This document shows positions 38,726 through 49,593 of a stretch of 64,000 nt of DNA, in pieces (the stretch's first letter is position 1; each line of letters starts with the position of its first letter). Source of the stretch: Leucoraja erinacea. Taxonomy: Eukaryota. The stretch is taken from the NCBI RefSeq assembly GCF_028641065.1, contig NW_026576267.1, positions 62,001 to 126,000 of the forward strand, written 5' to 3'. Made by a program: the position numbers and the translations under genes. The notes below the pieces were generated by a model, which did no database searches, was not told the origin of the DNA, and saw only the letters and a program-made list of their open reading frames with translations.

Positions 38726-39249
38726 TAAGCGATACGACAGCGTGTGTTCAGATCAGACGAGAGCTGACTTGTGAAGAGAAGACACAGTTTTTACCAGTTC
38801 GGATAGTAAGAACGATCAATTGAGATAGTAAGAATGGACAGCTAGGATAGTATGACCAGAAAGCTACAATCTGCACTAGACTAAGTAGGACCCGTTGGGA
38901 CCCAGCATCACACGGGAGGGCTGGTCCCCAATGCAATATTACACCTCTCCACCAATTCCAATGTTGGTGGCCAGTGGGGGAGGGCTTTCTGGAGCACTAG
39001 TATAGGCGGTGTGCGCTGAATGGACTGGTTTCCAGAGGGCTAGTATGGACATTGAGGGCCAAATGGATTCTTGGGCTGGCGGCTCAGTCACTCAAGTCTG
39101 TTGTGCTGGCAGCTCACTCACTCACGGCTGGTGGGCTGGCAGTTGACTCGCGGTTATTCCTTGAAATTCCATTTCAAGCAGGGTGCAAGGCCACCAAATT
39201 CAAATGCAGTTTCATACCATTTCTAGCAGGGTGCAAGGCCACTAAAGAC

Positions 39250-40010
39250 AGCGAGTCGTGACCTCTCCCTCCCCCATCTTGCAGAGACTGAGCCACGCCC
39301 ACACTTCCAGGTTTTATAGTCCCTTCCCCCCTCCCACCAGAAGGGGCTTGGCCTTCATGGCATGATTGACAGGAGAGAGAATCTCAACATTTTTTAAACA
39401 CTAATAACTCTTTTATTTTTCATTGATGGGAAAAATCCTTGGCACCTGATGAGCGGAGGGGACTCTGAGTAAGATGGCCAAAATCCACAGCCGTACATAG
39501 TAGCGTTTTTTTCTAAAATCAATACAAAGCGCAAACAGGAGGTGGTCTAGATTAGACTTTTAATTATATAGAAGGCAAGGCAACTTTAATTAGGCAAGGC
39601 AACTTTAAAAACCACAGCTTTAGCATTTTCAAACCACATGAAGGGCACTGACAGGTCAGTAAAACCACTCACAGTTTAGTGGACATGTGCTCAGTGTTAT
39701 TCACAGCTCAGACTGAGAGATGTGACCCTCTCGCTCCCCCATTTTGCAGAAACAGACTGAGGCACTCAACACATCCAGGTTTTATCGTCCCTCAGGAAGG
39801 GGCGTGGCCTTCAGTTGAGAGAATCTCAACATTTTTTAAACACTCATAACTCTTTTATTTTTAATCAATGAGAAAAATCCTCTTGTCCTGTGCAGCGGAC
39901 GGGGTACGGAGTAAGATGGCCAAAAATCACCGTAAGTGGCAGCGTTTTTTTCTAAAATCAATATACAGAACAACAGGAAGTGGTCAAGATCAGACTTTTA
40001 CTAATATAGA
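39250..40010. repeat. Diverged direct duplication of about 300 bp (39250-39570 and 39720-40010), probably transposon-derived
   Basis: Shared blocks such as GAGAGAATCTCAACATTTTTTAAACACT and GAGTAAGATGGCCAAAA. Confidence 0.7.
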
Positions 40011-40159
40011 TGAGATACTTCTTTGTATTTATATCAATAAAGAATCAATTAAACTGGAAATAACGACTGGAAGATTTGTTTTTGTTATTGTACTGCGTAA
40101 ATTCGATCCATTCCTCCATGTTAGCTTAGTAATGACAATGAAAAACGTTTGAAATTGCC

Positions 40160-40700
40160 ATTACATTAAATATAATAATCATAATAATAATAGCAACAAT
40201 AACAACAACAACAACAACAACAACAACAATAGCAATAATAATAATAATAACAATCCAAATCAGGATAATAGCAACAATAATAACAATAATAATAGCAACA
40301 ATAATAACAATAATAATAATAGAAACACTAATAATAATAGAAACTAATAATGATAATAACAACAATAATAATAACAATAATAATAATAATAACAACACTA
40401 ATAATGATGATAACAACAATAATAATAGAAACACTAGTAATGAGAATAAAGACAATAATAATAATAATAATAGAAACACTAATAATAATAACAACAATAA
40501 AAATGATAATGATAATAATAATAATAACAACAATAATCATCATCATAATAACAACAATAATTATAAAAATAATAATAGTAATATTAATAACAACAATAAT
40601 AGTAATGCCAATAATAATAATAGCAACAATAACAACAATAATAATAATAATAATAATCATAATAGCATCAACAACAATAATAACAGAAATAACAATAATC
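40160..40700. repeat. Degenerate (AAT/AAC)n microsatellite
   Basis: Trinucleotide periodicity. Confidence 0.97.
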
Positions 40701-42419
40701 AAGAGTTCAAGAGTTCAAGAGAATTTATTGTCATGTGTCCCTGATAGGACTAATGAAATTCTTGCTTTGCTTTAGCACACCAGAACATAGTCGGCATGAA
40801 TACAGAACAGATCAGTGTGTCCATATACCATTGAATAAATATATATACACATGAATAAATAAACTGATAAAGTGCAAATAAACAGATTATGGGCTATTAA
40901 TGTTGAGAGTTTTGTCCGAGCCGAGTTTAATAGCCTGATAGCTGTGGGGAAGCAGCTATTCCTGAACCTGGTCTTTGTAGTCTTCAGGCTCCTGTACCTT
41001 CTATCTGAAAGTAGTGGGGAGATGAGTGTATGGCCCGGATTGTGTGGGTCCTTGATGATGCTGGCAGCCTTTTTGAGGCAGCCACTGTGATAGAGCCCCT
41101 CGATGGTGGGGAGGTCAGAGCCGTTGATGGACTGGGCAGTGTTTACTACATTTTGTAGTCTTTTCCGCTCCTGGGCGCTCAAGTTTCCGAACCAAGCCAT
41201 GATGCAACCGGTTAGCATGCTCTCCACTGTGCACCTGTAGAAGTTCGAGGGAGTCCTCCTTGACAAACCGACTCTCCGTAATCTTCTCAGGAAGTAGAAG
41301 CGCTGATGTGCTTTCTTTATGATACCATCAGTGTTCTCGGACCAGGAAAGATACAATAACAATAATAATAATAACAATAATATCAACAACAACAACAATA
41401 ATCACAATAATAATAAAGGAGTCCAGAACCAGGGGTAACAGTTTAAGAATAATGGGGAGGCCATTTAGGACTGAGATGAGGAAAAACTTTTTCACCCAGA
41501 GAGTTGTGGATCTCTCACATTTCACTGCACCTTATCTGTGCTGTTACTTGGGGTAATGTTGGTGACTTCCTCTCCAGAGTAACCACAATGCTTCGGTGTG
41601 AATCAATGTTTTAAATTTTAGTTTAGTTTATTATTGTCACGTGCACTGAGATACAGTGAAAAGCTTGTGTTTGCGGACTATCCAGTTAAAGGAAAGGCCA
41701 TGCAGTCTTTTGCAACGGTCTCCAATGAATTAGATGGGAGGTCAGGACCAGACTCTGGATGATTTCAAACAAAAAGCTTCTCACTGTACCTCAGTACACG
41801 TGACAATAAATAAAGTTAAAATTGAGACTCAAACTGGAGCTAAGACTAAAACTAAAAAAACTAGAATTCCAACTGCAAACTGCAACCACAACTAATCTAA
41901 ACTAAAGTAAACTCAACTATTATGCAGTGATAATAGACAATAGACAATAGACAATAGGTGCAGGAGTTGGCCATTCAGCCCATCGAGCCAGCACGGCCAT
42001 GCAATGTCTGATCATCCCCAGTCAGTACCCCGTTCCTGCCTTCTCCCCATATATCCCTGACTCCGCTATTTTTAAGAGCCCTATCTAGCTCTCTCCTGAA
42101 AGCAAAGATACTGGAGTATCTCCTCTAGTATCTTTGTTTGAAAGTATCCAGAGAACCGGCCTCCACTCTCTGAGGCAGAGAATTCCACAGACTCTGTGAG
42201 AAAAAGTGTTTCCTGTTGTTTGGATGTTGAATTTTCAAGATTTGGTGAGAGAAAGGAAAGCAGAAATAAATTAAGTAAAACTTTAAAGCGAGAAATTGTA
42301 TTATTCTCAGTTGTACAAAGATACAATTTTATATTTAGCTCTGGAGGGTGGCCAGAAAAAATAAATCCTAAAGTCAAACAAATGACTTGAGGTGTGAGCT
42401 GTGCTTAGGATATTTTAAG

Positions 42420-42652
42420 GCCATTTAAGGTAATTCAAATGTTTAAAAAGCCTTTGACGGTTTAATTTGGCCTCGTGGGCTGTATTTGAATGTTTAAAGC
42501 AGCCAACAGCCAACATTGAACCGTTTGTAACGTAACTGGGCATCTCATTTGCATAGAGGGATTAGAAATGTAACCCCCAAAACAGCCAATCAGAAAGCAG
42601 TATTCCGTGCCGGCTTTGAACCAATGAGTTTAGGGGATGTCGATGACGTCCG
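42420..42652. promoter_or_regulatory. Orphan histone-type promoter module, copy 2
   Basis: Colinear homolog of 16445-16692: octamer 42547-42554, CCAAT at 42586 and 42621, TGACGTC at 42644. Confidence 0.55.
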
Positions 42653-42776
42653 TTTTTGTTGCTTCAACCTGCAGATGATCAGAAGATGGATACAAAATGC
42701 TGGAGACAACACAGTGGGTCTGGCAACATCTCTGGAGAAAAGCCATAGGTGAGGTTTGGGGTCCAAGGATTCCGAC

Positions 42777-42810
42777 CAAAGATACTAGAGGAGCTCCTCT
42801 AGTATCTTTG
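42777..42810. mobile_element. 34-bp perfect palindromic micro-insertion with 8-bp TSD
   Basis: CAAAGATACTAGAGGAGCTCCTCTAGTATCTTTG is its own reverse complement; flanks are attccgac / gttccgac. Other copies at 16339-16372, 16798-16831, 30219-30252, 42103-42136, and a 31-bp relative at 34285-34315. Confidence 0.85.
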
Positions 42811-43835
42811 GTTCCGACCCAAAACAATCCCCCATTCCTTCTCTCCAGAGATGTTTGCCAGTCCCGCTGAGTTACTCCAGCATTTAAAGTCTCTTTCTTC
42901 GGTGGAAGCCAGCAGGGCCTTCCTACACACACATTTTGTCTGCTCCACTGCGAAATCTCATCAAGGCAGCTGTCTGAAGCAAAGGCTTTGGTCTGAAGTA
43001 GGGTCTCGACCCGAAATGTCACCCATTCCTTTTCTCCATTGATGCTGCCTGTCCTGCTGAGTTTCTCCAGCTTTTTGTGTCTATCTACAGGTTATATTTG
43101 GACTGTATTGAAACATGATTGGTCAGAGACAAGACACAATAAGGAGTAAGAGTAGAATTAGGCCATTTGGCCCATCACGTCTACTCTGCCATTCAATCAT
43201 GGCTCATCTATCTCTCCCTCCTAACCCCATTCTCCTTCCTTCCCCCCATAACTGACGCCTGCACTAATCAAGAATCTATTAATCTCTTCCTGCAAAATAT
43301 CCACTTGGCCTCCGCAGCCTTCTGCGGCAAAGAATTCCACAGATTCACCACCCTCTGACTAAAGAAATTTCTCCTCATCTCTTTCCTAAAATAACGTCTT
43401 TTCATTCTGAGGCTATGACCACAATAGTGAAGTGTCAAGTGTGTTTTATTGTCATATGTCCCAGAATGGAACAATATGTCTGAGGAAGGGGTCCCGACCC
43501 GAAACGTTACCCATCCTTTTCCTCCAGAGATGTTGCCTGACCCGCTCAGTTACTCCAGCACTTTGTGTCTATCTTTGCTATAAACCAGCATCTTCAGTTC
43601 CTTATTTCTAACGTTTTCTTCTAACGGAGATCTTACATGCGGCAGCACAACAGGCAAGTAAACATAGTACTCTGTAAACACCAACATAAGCACCTCAAAT
43701 TTTGCTTGGGTAGTTTACACCCAGGCGGTGTGAACATTTGCTTCTCCAATTTCAGGTAGTCCTTGCTTTCTCCCTCCATACACTCCCCTTCCCAGCTCTC
43801 CCACAGCCCACTGTCTCTGCATCTTCCTTTCTTCA

Positions 43836-43870
<35 letters not shown>

Positions 43871-46800
43871 TGCACTTTAGACCGAAGAAGGGTCTCGACC
43901 CGATACGTCACCTATTCTTTCGCTACATAGATGCTATCTCACCTGCTGAGTTTCTCCAGCATTTTTGTCTACCTACCATAAAAACCATAACCATGGCAGA
44001 CAGGGAGAGGCTTCAGAGGGTAACTAGGACAGCACAGAAGATCATTGGTTGCCCTCTCCCCTCCCTGATGGATATTTACACCTCCCGCTGCCTTAGCAGG
44101 GCAAAGAATATCATCAAGGGCAGCTCCCATCCTGCGTTTGGACTGTTCGACCTGCTGCCCTCTGGAAGGCGCTATAGGTGCATCAAAACTAGGACAAATA
44201 GACTCAGGAATAGTTGTTTTCCGAAAGTCATAACTACTCTTAATTCACACATGCACTGACTTCACAGCCCAACACCCGGACTTCCATCTATTCTATCCAC
44301 GTACTGAAATTTGGAACTGTAATGTGTATTGTAACTGTAATTTTTAATATTTTTTAAAACATTTTTTAATATTTAATATAATCTTTAAACATCTGCCTAA
44401 GAATACTACCTACTCATCCTTCACCATTTTGCCTTTATAGATATTTATATAGCGCCGCAGAATTGTGCACCTATCCGCCCCCTCCCCCTTTTGTTTTGTT
44501 TTCTGTTTCTTGTTTTTTGTACTAAATTATATGTATGCACTGAGTACGAGCTGCTTTTAATCTCATTGTTCATGTATAGTGACAATAAATGGCATATCTA
44601 TCTATCTATCTATCTATATATCTATCTATATCTATCTATCATATATATATATATCCATCGATAACGTCACAAAATGATGGAGTGACATAATAACTACATA
44701 CATAATAACAAAAATAAGTGATGTATAAATTCTAAACACAAACAATCAAGAATGGTGCAAAGACAGATACAATTCCCCCTGACTCATTGTCGTTCGGAGC
44801 TTAGTTGAAGTTTGTAGTGTTTAATAGCCTGATGGTTGTAGGGAAGAAGCTGCTCTTGATCCCCTCGATAGTAGGGAGGTCAGAGCTGATGATGGACTGG
44901 GCAGTGTTTACTACTTTTTGTAGTCTTTTCCGCTCCTGGGCACTCACGTTGCCGGACCAAGCCACGATGCAACCGGTCCAGTGCTGCCAATGTGGAATGC
45001 TCCCTGCATTGTTTTCCAAATACAAGTTCAAGTTCAAGATACATTTATTGTCACATGCACCAATTGGTACAGTGAGATTTGAGTTACCATACAGTCATAC
45101 AAATAAAAAAGAACACAATACACAATAGAGTTTAACATAAACATCCCCACACAGCGGAATCAATGTTTCCCAATGTGAGGGAAGGCAATAAAGTTCAGTC
45201 CACTTCCTCTTTGTTCACCCGTGGTCGGGGCCTATTGATGCCTCCGCAGTCGCCGCTACGGGGGCCCGATGTTCTATCCTGGGAATATCCATCAAAGGAA
45301 AGATTAGAACTACAAGGAACTGCAGATGCTAGTTTACAAGTAAAGACACAGAGTGCCGGAGTAACTCAGCTGTTCAGGCAGCATCTCTGGAGAAGAGTCC
45401 CGCCCGGTCCATGTTCTGAGCTGACTCACTGAGTTAATCAGCATTTTGTGTCTATCTTCAGTATAAACCAGCATCTGCAGCTCCTTTCCACTCAAGTCAA
45501 GACAAGTCAAGTCAAGTTTATTTGTCACATACGCATACGAGATGTGCAGTGAAATGGAAAGTGGCCATGTTTGCGGATTGTGCAAAAAAAACTACAAAAC
45601 AGAATAGAACTGAATCAGTAATTACATATTGGTGAGAAAAAAACAGCAATTTTAAAAAGACACAACACAACAGTAGTTTGGTACAGTAAGTTAGTTCCTG
45701 GTGAGATTAGAGTTTACAGTCCTAATGGCCTCTGGGAAGAAACTCCTTCTCATCCTCTCCGTTTTCACAGCATGGCAACGGAGGCGTTTGCTTGGCCGTA
45801 GCAGCTGGAACAGTCCGTTGCTGGGGTAGAAGGGATCCCCCATAATGTTGCTGGCTCTGGATCTGCAACCTCTGATGTATTGGTCTTGCAGAGGGGCGAA
45901 TGTAGTACTCCAATTGACTGCTGAGATTCTAAAGCGGTCCTATAGTTAAAAGACAATTGGCCTGGTTTACTGGAGAAAATAGATGAGGTGCACATGAACT
46001 TATAATACAAACTTTAAAATTAATATGATGGAAATGTAGTTTGCAATTCCAAACTGAGAAATGATGTCCTCTCCATCTTAGCCAGTACTAAAACACTGTG
46101 GATACCAGGTTAAATTAGAGTAGGCAATAATCTTTGACTTTATTTCCAATCTCGGGCTGCTAGTCATATGTCATATAATACAGGGCTTGGACACGCTAGA
46201 TGCAGGAAACATGTTCCCGATGTTGGGGGAGTCTAGAACAAGGGGCCACAGTTTAAGATTAAGGAGTAAGCCATTTAAACAAAAGACCCGAAACTTCATC
46301 TATTCCATCGCTCCATAGATGCTGCCTCACCCACTGAGTTTCTCCAGCATTTTTGTCTACCTTCGATTTTTTCCAGCTTCTGCAGTTATTTCTTAAACAC
46401 TGAACCTGGAGGTGTGCACTTTCAAACTTCTATACCTCGTGCCCGATGGGAGATGGGAGAAGAGGGAGTGACGGGGATGAGACTGATCCTTGATTATGCT
46501 GCTGACCTTACTGAGGCAGCGTGAGGTGTAGATGGAGTCAATGGAAGGGAGGTTGGTTTCTGTGATGGTCTAGGCTCTGTTTACAACTGTCTGCATGAGA
46601 TTATGCATTAACTCTTCTGCCCATTGTGCTTTACTGTAGATCCCGGCATCCGCAGTCTCTTGGTGTCTCCAGGAGTTTAATTATCAGGGGACCAAGTATG
46701 TACAGGGCCCACCACTGTTTTTCCAGCAACTGGTGATCCGGCCCTTCCTTTAATCCGGACATGAATCCCATCCCAGAAGTACCCCCGTAACTAGGCGCCG

Positions 46801-48807
46801 AGGTGCCTAGGCCGGGTGAGGTGGCCATTCTTGATCAATCGAGACCAAGGACACGCTAGAGGCAGGAAACATGTTCCCAATGTTGATAGATCGGCGGGTC
46901 AGATTTGGCCCCTGAAGCCAAGGCTCTCGAACTATTGGCCAGACAGATCCCTTCCCATGGCCGACTTCCAGTCCCCCTCCCATGGCCGTGACCTCTGTTA
47001 GGGTGGAAAAATGGATAACACGGCAAGGCTCTGGAACCAATCCTGCCAGAAAATCTGTGTTGGACCTGTAATATAAGAATTCAAATGAAACTAGAATAGT
47101 CATAGACCTCGTCCACCCGTTGCATAATTAAAGTTATGATGGTATGTCGAAGATGTAGGAACAAGTATTTAAATATTCTATATTTTTTATTTTTACTTTT
47201 AAATTCTTTACAATTCTGATAACATTTACTGAAGACCTTCCCAGAGATGTTCACATCTCAGATATAATTGGTTCTAATGCGGTTGAAGGGTTATGTAATG
47301 AAACTACCCAAGTTTTCAAAAGTGGCAACTCTGCTTTCTTTTTAAAACTTCTTTTCATGAAAAGTGTTGAGAAGATGGAACCAGTTATGAAAATTAACCT
47401 TCCAGAACCTGGTTCTGAGGCCAGGAAATTGCCATTAACCTTGTTACGGGGAGACCTATGTTCCCCTTACAATGATAAGTTTAGTGTTAAGTGCATTTAT
47501 TCTCTTAAGAGTGTTCGTAAACCTAAAGGACATTTGGGGGTAGTTTTTAAAAATGAGGAAACTGCCCCCAAATTGTATTACTAATTGTTGGAGAGAAGAT
47601 AAACTTGGATGAAAATGAACCACAATTTTTTTTTTTTTCCTTGGAATTCTAAAGATCATTCCAAACCGATTGAGGCGCTGGATTCACTTTAAAAATGTAA
47701 GTGTTTTTCGTTGATGACGAACCGGAATAAAGAATAAAGCTGTCCGTTTCTGTCTCGAGTTATTCTGGGAGTTCAATAAAATATAAGGGCAAAGCAACTT
47801 GTTATGGTTTGTTGAACCGCAGATGTTCAATCGTCCATCTCAAAGTATCCATTGACACTACCTCTCTCGCATACTTCAACCAGGTCCGCAAGAGCGGTAT
47901 TAAAAGGTGGGGGTGGTTGCTTGGTAAGATAGCACAGTGTCTTTCGTTACCACATAACTTGTTTCTATTTTTGTCGTGATGTGTGTGTGGTAGCGGGAAG
48001 GGTGTCAGGTGTTTTGCAATGGTAGTACACAAACAGTTTTCAACCTCAGTGAATCTTGAATTGAACACTCGGTTAAAATCAGAATTGGCGTTTGTAGCCT
48101 GCGGTGCAGAACTATCCCAATGAAAATAAACACAATAACACCAATTGAGAAATGACCCAATTCTCAGGCCAGCTTGGGAGACCAATTCTATAATGTGTTG
48201 GGCGTGCATGTGGTAGTTGCTGGGTCCCGCAATAAAATTGCCAAATGTCTTTGGTTGCTGCAAGTTCCTCCAAGTTGCGCCAGCGCTGGCAATCAGCAAA
48301 CTTGGTGTGTTAATGAGACGGGGCTTAGAAAGGTCTTTCCCGGTTGCGTTCGACGTTGGAGCAAAGAGCCCCTCTGGAATATGAGCATCAACTATTCCCC
48401 CGCAAGACGGAAACTTGACATTTGCCCAGGTGTCGAGCCGATGCGATGTTCTAAGCGGGAAAGTGGGGAATTTTCTTTCCAGGCGGGCGAGGCAACCCGG
48501 TGGCGAGGCGTTAGGGAGAACGCAGGGGTGTTTCCGAACCGGGGCGTCGCTCGGGGTGTGAAATGCACGGGGTTTGGGGTCGGATGGCGCGGGGGTTTGG
48601 TGGCGGGAGCTCGATTTCGGGGCGGCGAGGGTGATGTTTGTGCGGGGAGAAAGCACAAGTTGTGGCGGCGGGGGAGGGCGGTTGAGTCTACCGCGTCCGC
48701 GCCGCCGCTTTAACAGGCGGGGAGGCGGCGCGGCGCCGTCAATGCAGCCGCGGCTGCGGAGCGGAGAGGAGGGGAGGTGAGGTGAGGCGACGCGGACACA
48801 CTTGGCT

Positions 48808-49593
48808 ATGACCGACATGGAATCGCCGGGCGTGGACTTTTCCACCGCGGCCACCTCGCTGCTGCTGCAGTCGCCGATGCCGCCGCCGGCGGTGCCGCCG
48901 CCGCTGCTGCTGCCCGAGGAGACGGACTCGCTGGACATCGCGGTGGCCGTGAAGAAGAAGCGCCGGCCGTACCGCCACAGGAAGTTCGGCTGCACCGTGG
49001 CCGAGCAGATCATGAGGGCGGTGGCGGCCACCAAGGAGCGGCGGGGGCTGTCGGTGGCCGCCGTCAAGAAGCTGCTGTCGGCCAGCGGCTACGACCTGGC
49101 TCGCCACAACACGCGGGTCAACCGCGCCGTCCGCACCCTGGTCAGCAAAGGCTCGCTGGTGCAGACGACGGGCAGCGGCGCCTCGGGCTCGGTCCGGCTC
49201 GGCAGGTGCCCGCAGGACTTGGTGGCGGCGGCGGCGACGTTCAAGTTGCCGCTGGGGGCGGCTGCTCGCCGGACGGTGTTATCCAGGAGGACGGCGGCCA
49301 AGAAGTCCAAGAGGCTGATGGCGAGGGGCGGTGGTGGAGGCAAGAAGAGGCGGCGGCGCAGTCAGTTGAAGAAGGCTGGCCGGCACCACAAGAAGGCGGG
49401 AGGCGGCGGCTTGAAGAAGGTGACCGCCCGCTGGAAAACGGTCCGGGCGAGGAGGGCGCTGGCCAAGGGCCGCATCTTCAGGCGAAGGGTCAAGAAGGTG
49501 GAAACGAAGATTGTTCGGGACAGCGTCAAGCCCACGGACTTGGTGGATGAGAAAGCGACTCTTACGCAAAACACTGAACCGAACAAGTGCTGA
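48808..49593 (+). CDS. Linker histone H1-like protein, 261 aa, Arg-rich variant (protamine-like candidate)
   Basis: TVAEQIMRAVAATKERRGLSVAAVKKLLSASGYDLARHNTRVNRAVRTLVSKGSLVQTTGSGASGSVRLG is a complete H1/H5 winged helix followed by a basic tail. Intronless, in a CpG island; AATAAA at about 49667 and 49679; no stem-loop seen. Confidence 0.92.
   Translation: MTDMESPGVDFSTAATSLLLQSPMPPPAVPPPLLLPEETDSLDIAVAVKKKRRPYRHRKFGCTVAEQIMRAVAATKERRGLSVAAVKKLLSASGYDLARHNTRVNRAVRTLVSKGSLVQTTGSGASGSVRLGRCPQDLVAAAATFKLPLGAAARRTVLSRRTAAKKSKRLMARGGGGGKKRRRRSQLKKAGRHHKKAGGGGLKKVTARWKTVRARRALAKGRIFRRRVKKVETKIVRDSVKPTDLVDEKATLTQNTEPNKC

Noticed and set aside
40126-40775. Poly-Ile/Leu/Thr ORFs resembling membrane proteins
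   Set aside because: Translations of an (AAT/AAC)n microsatellite.
48128-48135. H1-box (AAACACA) for the H1-like gene
   Set aside because: About 680 bp upstream of the ATG, far from the usual proximal position; likely chance.
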